This document shows, in pieces, positions 10,563 through 21,439 of a DNA stretch of 64,000 bases. The stretch is taken from positions 1,058 to 65,057 of the forward strand of contig CALLLR010000008.1 of the NCBI GenBank assembly GCA_938008185.1. The letters run 5' to 3'. How positions within the stretch are numbered: position 1 is the stretch's first letter; every line of letters starts with the position of its first letter. The position numbers and the translations under genes are program-made. The DNA is from an uncultured Saprospiraceae bacterium (GTDB taxonomy: Bacteria > Bacteroidota > Bacteroidia > Chitinophagales > Saprospiraceae). The notes under the pieces were generated by a model. It was not told where the DNA came from and did no database searches. It worked only from the letters and a program-made list of their open reading frames with translations.

Positions 10563-11120
10563 TTAATTTTTTAGCGATTTTTTTTTTGCATTAGCCGTCA
10601 TTAACTCCTGTAATTTCCGGCGCGCGCGGGTCAGGAAAGTACGCGAACTGCTTTCTGGAATATTTAATAATTCGGCAATTTCACGATGGGTATAACCATC
10701 TATTATTGACAGATTAAAAACTACCCGATGATTTTCCGGCAGTCGTTCCAGCAGACTCAGGATATCATGCACATTTAATTGACTTTGAATAACTGGAGTT
10801 GTCGGCATTAAAACTCCAGACAGATTTTCTAACCTCAATCCTTTTTTACGTTTCTTTTCCAGCACTTTGTTAATCGCAATACGACGACACCAGGATTTAA
10901 ATCCGGCTATTTCGTCTGCTTTACATTTTTCAATTTTATTAAAAATAGTAATGAGCGACTCTTGCAGTAAATCCTGAGCATCCTCGTGTTGCGCAGTATA
11001 GCGCCGGCAGATCACGTAGAGATAAGGGGAAAGATGATTTACCATTTCCCGCTGCGCTTTTCGATCCAATTGCTTACAGCCTTTAATAATATTTTTCATT
11101 CCTGACTTTTCGTTTAACAA
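10563..11120 (-). CDS. ECF (sigma-70 family) RNA polymerase sigma factor
   Basis: Region 2 (DLLQESLITIF...WCRRIAINKVL) and region 4 (GYTHREIAELLNIPESSSRTFLTRARRKL). Confidence 0.85.
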   Translation of the reverse strand: MLNEKSGMKNIIKGCKQLDRKAQREMVNHLSPYLYVICRRYTAQHEDAQDLLQESLITIFNKIEKCKADEIAGFKSWCRRIAINKVLEKKRKKGLRLENLSGVLMPTTPVIQSQLNVHDILSLLERLPENHRVVFNLSIIDGYTHREIAELLNIPESSSRTFLTRARRKLQELMTANAKKKSLKN

Positions 11121-11151
11121 TCATAAATATTAATTTATCGATTCAATTAAA

Positions 11152-12897
11152 CTATGGAGTTCTTTTGATTTTAAAATCTCCGTTAAATGGTGTCTGTGTT
11201 CCATCCGTGTTATTTCGTACACCACTGTAAGTTCCAACAATAAAAGTTCCATCGTCTTCTATTATTTCTATTGATAAATCAGGACTCGCAATATCCAAAA
11301 GAGGGTATATCGGAAATTGAGTATCAGCATTTACTACTTTTAAGAATATGCTGTTGTTATAAGTTCCTATCCCATCATATGCTCTGATATCTATTTGAAA
11401 TTTTCCTTTCCCACTAAAACCTTCTAATACCAGCCAATCCGTAGTTTGATTATTTTTGAAGAAATATTTTGTAGGGGCCGTCCAGTAATCTACTCCCTCG
11501 ATGGTCAGATTAAAAAAGTCGGGTAATTCTTCGCAGGTCATCTGACTTCCCAAATCTAAATCTGTAAATTCGTCGTGGATGATGGCGGGGGTCGTTTGCG
11601 GCTGACTATTGCTGTATGACCTGATTTCCATTTCTGGAAAAGCTACACAAATCAGTTCCAGATTAACATTAAATCCACCATCCTCAAACGGAATGATAAA
11701 AAGATTGCCTGGATAACGAACCGCTAAATGACCATCCAGAATATCAGTGGTGATACAGTGTGCTACCGTTCCCGTCAGATTAATATTAAACAGGTCTGAT
11801 ATTTCGTTGAGGTAGATGGTGTCTAATAAAAAATCATCACTGTAGGGACCAATTTCCATTTCGTATAAAGTACTGTCGCATTGATCTTTTAATGTCAAAA
11901 GCAATAGTGCTCCGCGGGGAACTGAGCCGCAAAAGAATCCGAGTGAATCGGTAAAGCCCCAATAAATAAAATTATCAGTCAAATCTTCTATAATGACTTT
12001 TTGATAGGCTACCGCCGTAGAATCAGCGTAAAAAAACTGTCCCGAGAGACAAATAGCTTCCAACGGAATATCGCAGTTCCAGTACCCACCACTCGAGACT
12101 TTGCATTTGTAACTACCACCCGATTTTAGACAGGCACCTTCCAATAGCCATTCTTCCTCGTCCGTATCGAATCGCCAGAGTGGGATTTCGTCAGGAGCGG
12201 TATTCTCCAGTTCGGTAGGGATAGGTATTTCCAGGTCTATAAATTCACCGTCTCTAAGAAACAGTCTTTCTCCTGTGGCGGTCTCTAATTCCAGGGCCAC
12301 CATTCCGTAGGTAGCTAAAGCCAAAGGATTTCCTCCTTCGTCGGTCGAGGTGAGCGCTCCGGGCATCAGGCCTCCTACGGCAGGATCAACGGGATCAAGC
12401 CAACGGGAATATACGGATACCGGACCATTATATTCAGCGCCATTTTGACGGCGGATAGCTCCAGCAGGAATGTCGATCAATACCCCTTGAGGATTAGTAT
12501 AGGTGGCTCCGTCACCAGATTGGATTGTTTCAGGATCACCTTTGTTTACCATATTTATACGAACAAAAGAATTCCCTTCCGGTGAAAAATTAGAGTGGAC
12601 AATTCCAGTAAAGAATTCGCTGGAACGGGCTTCGACAATATTACCCGATTTATTTACATTGATATTCTTAAAACTGAAAAGACCACGGCTGTCCGATTGC
12701 CGGGTTTGACCATTGACGGTAACGAGAGCATTGGGTACAAATTCTCCCGCTTCATCAGTGACAATGCCCCGAATAGTCGTTTTAATTAAAACAATGGGCT
12801 CGTCGCTTATGGAGTCTATTGTTAGTTCGTCAATATCTTTACTACATCCCGTTAGTGTAAGAATAGAAACCAATAGGCAATTAAAAATACATTTCAT
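11152..12897 (-). CDS. Lipoprotein with an N-terminal carboxypeptidase-regulatory-like domain
   Basis: Lipobox LTGCSKD. IRGIVTDEAGEFVPNALVTVNGQTRQSDSRGLFSFKNI resembles a CarboxypepD_reg domain. Confidence 0.5.
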   Translation of the reverse strand: MKCIFNCLLVSILTLTGCSKDIDELTIDSISDEPIVLIKTTIRGIVTDEAGEFVPNALVTVNGQTRQSDSRGLFSFKNINVNKSGNIVEARSSEFFTGIVHSNFSPEGNSFVRINMVNKGDPETIQSGDGATYTNPQGVLIDIPAGAIRRQNGAEYNGPVSVYSRWLDPVDPAVGGLMPGALTSTDEGGNPLALATYGMVALELETATGERLFLRDGEFIDLEIPIPTELENTAPDEIPLWRFDTDEEEWLLEGACLKSGGSYKCKVSSGGYWNCDIPLEAICLSGQFFYADSTAVAYQKVIIEDLTDNFIYWGFTDSLGFFCGSVPRGALLLLTLKDQCDSTLYEMEIGPYSDDFLLDTIYLNEISDLFNINLTGTVAHCITTDILDGHLAVRYPGNLFIIPFEDGGFNVNLELICVAFPEMEIRSYSNSQPQTTPAIIHDEFTDLDLGSQMTCEELPDFFNLTIEGVDYWTAPTKYFFKNNQTTDWLVLEGFSGKGKFQIDIRAYDGIGTYNNSIFLKVVNADTQFPIYPLLDIASPDLSIEIIEDDGTFIVGTYSGVRNNTDGTQTPFNGDFKIKRTP

Positions 12898-13013
12898 AAT
12901 ACTACTTATTTTAAGTTTTCAAAAACGAATATAGTAGTAAGATGAAATAAGATAGTTAATCGCTACAGCAAACAGAATTTTTTTTGATAAATTATTTTTC
13001 AGAGTAGGCTTTT

Positions 13014-14054
13014 CTAAAAATGTTTCCAACCCTGTGCCTTAATTTCGTGGATATTCCCCCCTTTGGTATGCAATTTTATGCCCTCTGATTTCTCCACCAT
13101 CTCACCCATTATATAAATATCCGGAAGGTATTTCACCTTTTCCAGGTCTTTGGGATTTATGGTAAATAACAATTCATAATCTTCTCCTCCGCTCAACGCG
13201 CAGGTAATCGGATCCATTCCGAAATCAATGGCCTGTACTTCCGCATCGGGATGAATCGGAACGCCGCTTTCTTCGACCAAAGCCCCTAATCCGGACTGTT
13301 TACATAAATGAAATACTTCGGACGCCAATCCGTCTGATACATCAATCATCGCAGTGGGAATTAATTCAGCCTTGGCAAATGCTTCGATCATATCATGGCG
13401 TGCTTCGGGTTTCAGTTGACGTCCAACCAGATACCCCTGATCTCCCAAATCTGGTTTAACACCCGGATTTGCGAGGTAAATTTGTTTTTCTCTTTCGAGT
13501 AATTGTAATCCCAGATAAGCAGCCCCCAAATTTCCGGTAACGCATAATAAGTCCCCCAGTTTGGCGCCGTCGCGGTAGACAATTTTATTTCTCTCCTGTT
13601 GACCGATCGCTGTGACGCTGATGATAAGTCCTTTGGGAGAAGAGGTCGTATCCCCTCCAATTAAGTCCACTTTGTAAAATTTACAGGCTTGCTCGATTCC
13701 TGCGTAAATTTCTTCCAGTGCTTCCACGGAATAGCGATTAGACAACGCCAGGGAGACCGTAATTTGCTTCGGATAGGCATTCATAGCGTAAATATCCGAG
13801 AGATTGACGACCACCGCTTTGTAACCGAGATGTTTGAGCGGCGAATACATCATATCAAAGTGAATGCCTTCTACCAGCATATCAGTGGAGACGACCGTCA
13901 TGAGATTACCATTTTCGATGACGGCAGCATCGTCACCGATAGATTTTACGGTAGATAAATTTTTATTTTTGAAATTCTTAGTCAGGTGGTCAATGAGTCC
14001 AAATTCTCCTAGTTCGTTGACATCTGTTCTTTTTATGTTTTTATTTTCTTCCAT
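13014..14054 (-). CDS. thiL: Thiamine-monophosphate kinase
   Basis: GEFGLIDHL...IGDDAAV...STDMLVEGIHF...KAVVVNLSDIYAM...GGDTTSS is the canonical ThiL/AIR-synthase-like pattern. Confidence 0.9.
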   Translation of the reverse strand: MEENKNIKRTDVNELGEFGLIDHLTKNFKNKNLSTVKSIGDDAAVIENGNLMTVVSTDMLVEGIHFDMMYSPLKHLGYKAVVVNLSDIYAMNAYPKQITVSLALSNRYSVEALEEIYAGIEQACKFYKVDLIGGDTTSSPKGLIISVTAIGQQERNKIVYRDGAKLGDLLCVTGNLGAAYLGLQLLEREKQIYLANPGVKPDLGDQGYLVGRQLKPEARHDMIEAFAKAELIPTAMIDVSDGLASEVFHLCKQSGLGALVEESGVPIHPDAEVQAIDFGMDPITCALSGGEDYELLFTINPKDLEKVKYLPDIYIMGEMVEKSEGIKLHTKGGNIHEIKAQGWKHF

Positions 14055-14226
14055 TTTGCAAAGATAAGGATATTATGGTTTCGGGGTTGATATGTGATAA
14101 AATCTGCTGGTTGGCCAGTTAGCTATTGGCTCGTTGGCTTCCCTATACCGTAAAATTTCGATATAAGGAGAATCGCCGATGAAGGAGTTAACAACAAAAA
14201 AAGATCACCTAAGTTGTATCTTTATT

Positions 14227-14943
14227 TTAAAGCACCCATTCTTGCAATTGCTCGTAAATCGGCTGACATTCTTCTAACAATGGTTTTAATTTTTCCGGAA
14301 ACGGATCGGCCTTTTTTCGATATGGAGCGAAACCGGTACTCTGGTGGACGTTTTTATACCAATATTTTGCCCAGATACCATCTTCGGGTCGCGGACCGGC
14401 AGGCCAGCTGAGCATCGCCAGATCAAAAGGGATATTTATTTTTTCGCATAATTGGGTAAGTACATTTTGAGGATTTTCCAAAACTCTTTTTGAATCCAGT
14501 ACGATGATCTCCTGTCCTTTATTTTTTAGATATTCGATCAGTTGTAAATGAGCGGCGTACCCAACGTCGGTCATGGTTGGCGTGGCTACTTGTTGCGCGT
14601 AGGAGGGTAGCATGTCGACTGGATCACGGGTGAGAATGAGGTTGACCATCTGGTCCATAAATGACCAATCGAGTTCTACCAGATGGTGTGTCATTTGTTT
14701 AAAAAAAGCAATGGGGCGGGGATGATTTCTTTGCATCATTTCGATCACTTTAGCGCCATCGTTTTCCATATTTGCCAGAATTTCTGTTGCACCCGGATGG
14801 TAGGCGTCAGCGGGAGTTTTACGCAGGTAATGCGCGTACAGGGGTTCATCGTACACGCAGGTATCTGCACGTTGGGCGAAGGCGTACATGGTCGCGGTGG
14901 AGATATTCCGAGGTCCCGACCAAAGGTTTATTTTTTTAGTCAT
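14227..14943 (-). CDS. Sulfotransferase-like P-loop family protein (assignment tentative)
   Basis: N-terminus MTKKINLWSGPRNISTATMYAFAQR...VYDEPLYAHYL, recalled as a sulfotransferase-like family. The stop of the upstream gene overlaps this start by 1 nt. Confidence 0.4.
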   Translation of the reverse strand: MTKKINLWSGPRNISTATMYAFAQRADTCVYDEPLYAHYLRKTPADAYHPGATEILANMENDGAKVIEMMQRNHPRPIAFFKQMTHHLVELDWSFMDQMVNLILTRDPVDMLPSYAQQVATPTMTDVGYAAHLQLIEYLKNKGQEIIVLDSKRVLENPQNVLTQLCEKINIPFDLAMLSWPAGPRPEDGIWAKYWYKNVHQSTGFAPYRKKADPFPEKLKPLLEECQPIYEQLQEWVL

Positions 14944-17900
14944 TAGAATTCTATTTGATCTCTGATTTGTGTTGGGTTAAGTCGATTAAAATTTATATTA
15001 AAACTGATTCGATTGCTGTAACCACCTTTTTGACCCAGTAATTCATTTACATTATCAGAATTAAAAAGTGGAAAATATATCCCTACCGTACCGTCCAGAA
15101 AATCGAGCATGATTCCACCGCTATAAACCAGCTGATCAGAAAAACGATCATCGCTTCCCAACGGGCCAGAATTGTCGTAGTATCCGAGATCAAAATACGG
15201 TTTGATCGGAAGACCAAGAGGTAAACGTTTCGGCAAATCTCCTTTGATATTTATCGCAAAAATAAAGTTATTACTTTTCCCAAGATTTCCAGCCTGACTG
15301 GGTCCGACAGGTAATTTCATACCGCCATCATTCAAACTGATTTGCTGCGAAAAAAAACCATCACTTTCGGATCGCCCAAAAAACAATTCGTCGTATTTGT
15401 AATCATTGAATCCTTCACTGTACAATGCGAGCGCTCCCTGCGTGGTTCTCCCTGCGCCCCGATCACGAAGCGTATTCTGTAAAAATCCACCGAGAAAAAA
15501 ACGAAACGAAATATTCCTTCCAGATTTATACGTATAGTTAGTGGTATAACTCAGAGTAGCTTTTAGATAACTTTGGTTGCCGATAAAACTGTCGTAAGAT
15601 TGTTGTTCCAGCGCAACCCTTAGTTTATAGGGATTGACACCACGGTTGTTTTGGGCGACGTAGCTAAGTTCAAAAATAGGTCGGATGTCGGTTGTGTTTC
15701 CGGTGTAGATGTTCTCCATCGCAATAGTGTCAAAGGCAAAGTTAGCCGACTCCTCAGACAAAATTAAGGTTCTGAATTTTAGATAATGAGAAAAGCGCTT
15801 GTTCGGCTTTGTATTTAAATCCAGGGTAATAGAAGGAGTGATCTTCCGATACTTGAGAAAATAATCACTGGTCTCGTTATAAAAAGAATTGAATTGCTTC
15901 GCTCCTAATTTTAACGCTACACCTTTCAACAAATCCGAAGCTGGATAAAAGCGATAAGCTAATTCTCCCACACCGACTAATTGCTTTGATTTAAAACCAT
16001 AAGAGGGCAACAAGGCAAACTCAAAAGATTTGACTGGGACAGATACATTATACAATGCCAAACCCGCCATTGGTCCGTCGTATTTATTGTACCCTAAGGT
16101 TGGAGAAAAATAGAGTGTACTACGATTTGGATTTTCTACCCCAGACAGAAATTTCAATTGTAAAGGTTCTACTTTTTTGAAACTACCAGTAGTTTTGATA
16201 TTATTATTTCGACGATTAATTTCGGTTGTAATTCCTTCGGCATCAATGACAATTTTATCGTAATCTGTACCCGCAAAATCAATCTTTTTATTCTCGTTAA
16301 AACCTTCTACAAAAATCGTGGTTTTTATTTCACCATTTTTAATACCACTAATTGGAAACGGGGCCGACATTTCTCCTTTATTTTCAATCGTTAGTTCGTA
16401 ACCACTTCCTTTTTTCTCAATATGCTGAATGGCATAATCCTGGTGATCTATTCCATTAATTAAATTATCAAAAAGCCAGTCCAGTTTTTTACCCGTTGCA
16501 TTTTCGAGATAGTTGCGTAAATCTTCCGGCTGCGGATGCTGAAATTTCCAGGTATCATAAAACCCACGCATGGCAAGGTCAAATTTTTCCGTACCCAAAT
16601 ATTTTTCTAACCATCGAAAAGCAACGGCCGGTTTTTCGTAAGCACCGAGCCAGTAATTAATATATTTAAAATCATCAGAATGGGTCTCCGGTGCCTGATC
16701 ATCTTTGCGACGTGCCTGATGTAAATAGCCCAACTCTAATAAATCAATCGGCGATTCAGCAAAAAAAAAGTCTCCTCTATTTTCAGAAAATCTACTTTCG
16801 CTATAATATTGATCGCGGTACCGATGATCATAGTAAGAATTCAGTCCCTCGTCCATCCACGGATGATCCCGTTCGTTACTCGCCAAAATTCCATAAAACC
16901 AATTGTGGCCTACTTCGTGTGTGATCACTTCGTCAAGTGCCTGCGCGGTACCCGACAAACCAATTACCGTAATCATGGGATACTCCATACCGCCGCCTGC
17001 GCTCAACGCACTCTGCACAGCAGTAGCATGCGGGTAAGGATATTCGCCCACTAAATCTGAATAAAATTTGACGGAGCGGTCGAGATATTTGATCGCTTCG
17101 TCTTTCCATAAATTTACTTCTGTTTGTGTAAAATAAGCCCAGGTATCTACTAACTTTCCGGATGCCAGTTGTACGGAACTACGCTGCACCATAAATCTTT
17201 TGTCCGCAAACCAGGCAAAATCGTGGACTCGTTCGGCTTTATAATGCAGCGTTTTCAGTGTAGAACTACTGGCAGGAAAAGTATCCGTTCCCAAGTCAGT
17301 TTCTGGAAGCAGATTTACTAATTTTGCATTTGACTCAGCAATTTTTTGGGTAAGAAATTCTTTTTCAGTATCGGTTTGTAAAACACCCGTAGCTCCCATT
17401 ACATAATTTTCGGGTAGCGTAATTTTCACATCAAAGCTTCCAAACTCACTATAAAATTCTCCCATATCCAAATAAGGCATCGGATGCCAGCCGTCGCGAT
17501 CATACACAGCGGGTTTGGGATACCATTGAGTCATCTGATAGGATTCTCCGACGTGACCAAGGCGAGAAAAAGAGGCGGGAATTTTTAGGGTAAAAGGTGT
17601 TTTGATGATAATAGAACTACCGGAGGTAAGTGGTTTTTTTAATTTTAAACGAGCGATATCTGGATTTTTCACATCGTACTCAATTATCTGAGGTTTGTCG
17701 TCTACGGTAAGATTTAGATTACTAAAACCACCTCTTTGCTTTTTATTTGAGAAATAAAACTCCGTATCTCCTTGCCTGATTTTTTGTTTGGCAAAGGCCG
17801 TATTCCTACTTTGGTAGGCGTTGGGCCAGAGGTGCAAATAAATTTCATTGAGTGATTCTGGAGCATTATTTAGGTAAGTCATCTCGATGTTTCCCGTCAG

Positions 17901-18029
17901 TTCGTGCTTTTGATCATCAAGGGTGACCTCAATTTTATACTTTACTTCCTGTTGAAAATAATCAGATTGGGACATTCCGGAGGAAACGATTAAAAAAAGA
18001 ATATTTAAAACCCAGTATATTTTTTTCAT
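14943..18029 (-). CDS. M1-family (gluzincin) metallopeptidase with a long beta-rich C-terminal extension
   Basis: HEVGH-X18-E zinc motif (HEVGHNWFYGILASNERDHPWMDEG), a signal peptide, 1028 aa, and a C-terminal residue of Phe. Confidence 0.8.
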   Translation of the reverse strand: MKKIYWVLNILFLIVSSGMSQSDYFQQEVKYKIEVTLDDQKHELTGNIEMTYLNNAPESLNEIYLHLWPNAYQSRNTAFAKQKIRQGDTEFYFSNKKQRGGFSNLNLTVDDKPQIIEYDVKNPDIARLKLKKPLTSGSSIIIKTPFTLKIPASFSRLGHVGESYQMTQWYPKPAVYDRDGWHPMPYLDMGEFYSEFGSFDVKITLPENYVMGATGVLQTDTEKEFLTQKIAESNAKLVNLLPETDLGTDTFPASSSTLKTLHYKAERVHDFAWFADKRFMVQRSSVQLASGKLVDTWAYFTQTEVNLWKDEAIKYLDRSVKFYSDLVGEYPYPHATAVQSALSAGGGMEYPMITVIGLSGTAQALDEVITHEVGHNWFYGILASNERDHPWMDEGLNSYYDHRYRDQYYSESRFSENRGDFFFAESPIDLLELGYLHQARRKDDQAPETHSDDFKYINYWLGAYEKPAVAFRWLEKYLGTEKFDLAMRGFYDTWKFQHPQPEDLRNYLENATGKKLDWLFDNLINGIDHQDYAIQHIEKKGSGYELTIENKGEMSAPFPISGIKNGEIKTTIFVEGFNENKKIDFAGTDYDKIVIDAEGITTEINRRNNNIKTTGSFKKVEPLQLKFLSGVENPNRSTLYFSPTLGYNKYDGPMAGLALYNVSVPVKSFEFALLPSYGFKSKQLVGVGELAYRFYPASDLLKGVALKLGAKQFNSFYNETSDYFLKYRKITPSITLDLNTKPNKRFSHYLKFRTLILSEESANFAFDTIAMENIYTGNTTDIRPIFELSYVAQNNRGVNPYKLRVALEQQSYDSFIGNQSYLKATLSYTTNYTYKSGRNISFRFFLGGFLQNTLRDRGAGRTTQGALALYSEGFNDYKYDELFFGRSESDGFFSQQISLNDGGMKLPVGPSQAGNLGKSNNFIFAINIKGDLPKRLPLGLPIKPYFDLGYYDNSGPLGSDDRFSDQLVYSGGIMLDFLDGTVGIYFPLFNSDNVNELLGQKGGYSNRISFNINFNRLNPTQIRDQIEF

Positions 18030-18495
18030 TTTATATCTTTAAGATTATTGGTAAAAATACGGCTATTGTAGTTGTTATAAAATGATCCTATGAAATATCT
18101 GTTGCTTTTCGTAGACTCGGCGACGGGTCATTATCAGATTGATGAGAAAAATTCGATTGTACTAAATGCTTTTCTACGTGGAAATATATTTACAAGTCGC
18201 TTCTCGGTGATGGATAATTTGTTGGATTGTACGTACGAAAAATCAGGAGACGAGATTATTTTACCATTATAGGAAAAGAAAAAACGGTGGAGACGGGTGG
18301 AGGCGTAATAGTAGGAGATACGATTCCGGTGGTCCAGAGTTATCCGGTTGAAGCGGATTAGCGGATTAAATTCGAGGGTGTTCAATGAACTGTGGAGGGT
18401 GTGAGGGTGTCCCGTTAACTGTGTCTCAAAAATAACAAATTAAAAACTTAAATTTGAGACATGACAATTAAGAAAGAATATTTCAATCCTAATCT

Positions 18496-19233
18496 CTAAA
18501 AACTCACCAACCGCCTACTCTGATCTTGTACCGCCATGATATTTACCGGATCAATCCAGTATTGCTCCATAGTCTGTGGACGAATCTCAGCGGTATCATT
18601 AGCCGCAAAAACAGAATTTGACAAGTGCATGGCCGGAACTGCAAGTGGGTCAGCGACAGCATGAAAAGTACGCTGGATCGTTTGAGCAACTTCCTGCAGC
18701 GTATCCAGGATGGTATGTTTTTGCGTTAAATCTGAGGAGATCGGACCAACATTTTTGCGGCGTACAGGGGCCGTTACGGCTGGAACTGAAGCAGTCAAAT
18801 AACCGGGTGCTGCTGCTACAGCTTCATGCACGATGTCCGTTTCCTGAAGCGCAAAGACATTCTGGTCAGAATAATTTTGGGTGCCGGTCCACGGGGCCAA
18901 GAAATAGATCAATACCAAACTCGCGCCCAACGCGGGCTGCCAGGCGGGAACGGGATAGTTAAGCAAAGTACTCCACCAATTTGAGTTGGTAGATTTTTCT
19001 TTTTGGGCAGCAAGTACTTTTAACAAATTGGTTTTCACCTTTGGACTTGGCAATGGCAGGTCTCTGGCAAACATATCCGTAGCTGCCAAAAGTGTCTTAC
19101 GCGTAGCATCATAGCACTCCGGAGAAAACCTTTCCTCCAAAAGCAAGATTTCTGCCTCCCTTAACTGCCCATAACTCTTGGTCAACATCAGCTGCTCTAT
19201 CTGTGGATCTATACTAGCCGGCCTGTTTCTCAT
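18496..19233 (-). CDS. Putative anti-sigma factor (single TM)
   Basis: Overlaps the upstream ECF sigma gene by 20 nt. Central [16 protein letters not shown]. Confidence 0.5.
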   Translation of the reverse strand: MRNRPASIDPQIEQLMLTKSYGQLREAEILLLEERFSPECYDATRKTLLAATDMFARDLPLPSPKVKTNLLKVLAAQKEKSTNSNWWSTLLNYPVPAWQPALGASLVLIYFLAPWTGTQNYSDQNVFALQETDIVHEAVAAAPGYLTASVPAVTAPVRRKNVGPISSDLTQKHTILDTLQEVAQTIQRTFHAVADPLAVPAMHLSNSVFAANDTAEIRPQTMEQYWIDPVNIMAVQDQSRRLVSF

Positions 19234-19840
19234 AATTCATTTTTTTTAATGCTTCGGGTCGAAAAACCTGCAGCTTATCTGATAACTTTCGGAGGGCGTA
19301 GTAAAGCCGGGACTTTACGGTTCCTTCCGGACAATCCATTACTTCGCTAATTTCTTTGATGGATAATTCTTCTTGATAACGTAATATAAAACAGGTGCGG
19401 TGTATGTCTTCTAATTCTTCTAAGGCATTGGTCAAGCGGTTGGTAAACAACGAGCGGTCAATCGCATTGGGCAGATAAAAATCCATCTCATTGTCCAGTC
19501 CGGGCCGTACGTCGATAACCATTTTTTCCTGATTATTGGTCAAACGCTCGACGCGACGGTATTCATTTTTGCAAAGGTTACCAGCGACCGCATACAACCA
19601 GGTTGAAAATTTTCGGTCGGTATCAAACCGATCTCCTTTTTCAATAATTTTAATAAATAAATCCTGCAAAAGGTCATTGGCCCGTTCCGTATCTCGATTG
19701 AGCATTCGGTAGAAAAAGCGATACATCTTTTTTTCGTAACGACTATACAATTCGTTAAAAGCGCGCTCGTTACCTTTTACCACGAGTGGTATCAGCTTTT
19801 CGTCGGAATATTTTTTATAATTTTTTAATAGATTAATCAT
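19214..19840 (-). CDS. ECF (sigma-70 family) RNA polymerase sigma factor
   Basis: Region 2 [12 protein letters not shown]...[12 protein letters not shown] and region 4 [29 protein letters not shown]. Confidence 0.85.
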   Translation of the reverse strand: MINLLKNYKKYSDEKLIPLVVKGNERAFNELYSRYEKKMYRFFYRMLNRDTERANDLLQDLFIKIIEKGDRFDTDRKFSTWLYAVAGNLCKNEYRRVERLTNNQEKMVIDVRPGLDNEMDFYLPNAIDRSLFTNRLTNALEELEDIHRTCFILRYQEELSIKEISEVMDCPEGTVKSRLYYALRKLSDKLQVFRPEALKKMNYEKQAG

Positions 19841-19889
19841 AAATATTGGAAATTTAAGGTGGGTCTATCGACCCGGTGAAACGATACAT

Positions 19890-20336
19890 TCAAAACAGCA
19901 AATTGAGTTTTGAAAAACGCTCCACAACCTCCATAAATATTCTAAAGCCCGCCGCGGGATCGGGTCCACGGTATGTTTGTTGATGATTACCCGTAATTTT
20001 AACCGGCATCAACCACTGAACTATCTTAGTAGATAATACTTGCTGAACAATCCCCACGGACGAAGCGGAGATCACGATTGAATTTGAAAGATGGTTAGAG
20101 ACGTAAATAATCGGATTTTGCCCCGCCTCTCTCGTCTGGTTCGCTTCCTCGTTCGAATTTTCATTCGCATGGGCCACTGAAAATAAATTACCAAAAGACT
20201 CATAAAGCAATCTGCCCGCCGCCCGGTAGTCCTCCCATCCAGCGTTGGATTGGGTCAGGGACCGAAGTTTTTCTGCCGACTGGGTCAAGCCCATAACAGA
20301 AAGTAACAACAATAAGGGTAGAAGGAATTTTCTCAT
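19890..20336 (-). CDS. Secreted hypothetical protein
   Basis: Signal peptide MRKFLLPLLLLLSVMGLTQS. No recognisable domain. Confidence 0.45.
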   Translation of the reverse strand: MRKFLLPLLLLLSVMGLTQSAEKLRSLTQSNAGWEDYRAAGRLLYESFGNLFSVAHANENSNEEANQTREAGQNPIIYVSNHLSNSIVISASSVGIVQQVLSTKIVQWLMPVKITGNHQQTYRGPDPAAGFRIFMEVVERFSKLNLLF

Positions 20337-20719
20337 TTTCTTTTTTTCCGCTCCACGGAGCGATTTATTTTCGGAGCTTGTTCCTGATTTAGGTTTTACT
20401 TATCTTACAAAGTGAATTTATAACGTAGCTAATAATTGTCTACGTTGTCCGATTCTCTTAGTTTTACACCTGATTTTGCGAGTAGTTCACCGATTTTTAA
20501 AAAAATTTGCGATTTAAACGCTCCTAAAGATAGGAAACAATCCATTCAGATGAAAGATTTAAAATATTTACTAGCCGATTTTGCTCCTTTGGCGGCATAT
20601 TTTGGTATTTATTGTAGAGAAATCTAGCCATCAGAAGTGATTAAGATATATGATGATACCGATATTGGAGTCCGTGAATAAATATAAGGACCGACGACTC
20701 GGAGAAAAAGAAAAAATAA

Positions 20720-21439
20720 ATGCCTCAAGTTTTATCAATTATTATTCCCGCTTATAACGAAGCTCGTACCATTCATTTTATTTTGAATAAGGTGAAAGCG
20801 GTGCAACTAATCGGCGGCCTGGAAAAAGAAGTCATCATCGCCAACGACTGTTCGACAGATCAGACGGAAGAAGCGATTTTACGTTACCAGGCGGCCAATC
20901 CGGATTTGCCGATCAAATATTATAAACACGATATCAACCGGGGAAAAGGCGCTGCGTTGCACACAGGCATTCAAAAAGCAACGGGTGATTTTTTGATTAT
21001 CCAGGATGCAGATTTAGAATATGATCCGGAAGAATATAATATTTTACTTAAGCCGATTCTGGATGATTTTGCGGATGTAGTGTATGGGTCCCGCTTTATC
21101 GGTGGCAAGCCGCACCGAATTTTATTTTACTGGCATTCGATCGGTAACCGTTGGCTCACCAATCTTAGTAATATGTTTACTAATTTGAATTTAACGGATA
21201 TGGAAACTTGTTACAAGCTTTTCCGAACGCCGATGATTCAGCAGCTTTCCTTGGTAGAAAAACGGTTTGGGTTTGAGCCGGAGGTGACGGCGAAAATCTC
21301 GCGGGTAGAGAAAGTACGGATTTACGAAGTGGGAATTTCCTATTACGGACGGACGTATGAGGAAGGAAAAAAAATTGGCTGGAAAGATGGGTTTCGGGCG
21401 ATTTATTGTATTTTGAAGTATAACTTGTTTAAAAATTAG
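20720..21439 (+). CDS. Family 2 glycosyltransferase (polyprenol-phosphate sugar synthase-like)
   Basis: LSIIIPAYNE...NDCSTD...IIQDADLEYDP is the GT2 DxD pattern. Confidence 0.85.
   Translation: MPQVLSIIIPAYNEARTIHFILNKVKAVQLIGGLEKEVIIANDCSTDQTEEAILRYQAANPDLPIKYYKHDINRGKGAALHTGIQKATGDFLIIQDADLEYDPEEYNILLKPILDDFADVVYGSRFIGGKPHRILFYWHSIGNRWLTNLSNMFTNLNLTDMETCYKLFRTPMIQQLSLVEKRFGFEPEVTAKISRVEKVRIYEVGISYYGRTYEEGKKIGWKDGFRAIYCILKYNLFKN

Noticed and set aside
14055-14226. Looked for TPP riboswitches near thiL and the MTH1187/YkoF-like gene. Also noticed TTGGC-periodic sequence at 14105-14145 that resembles the arms of the palindromic elements.
   Set aside because: No CUGAGA...ACCUGA TPP core was found in either leader. 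The 14.1-kb sequence lacks a complementary right arm, and the similarity is low-complexity, so it is not counted as a third copy.
18421-18462. Hairpin tgtctcaaa-N22-tttgagaca downstream of the anti-sigma gene region
   Set aside because: The stem is AT-rich, the loop is large, and there is no adjacent U-tract in the relevant orientation. This is too weak to call a terminator.
21429-21439. 11-nt overlap of the convergent 3' ends of the GT2 and GT-C-like genes
   Set aside because: The overlap is real in the sequence, but convergent overlaps of this size are common. There is no evidence of special regulation.
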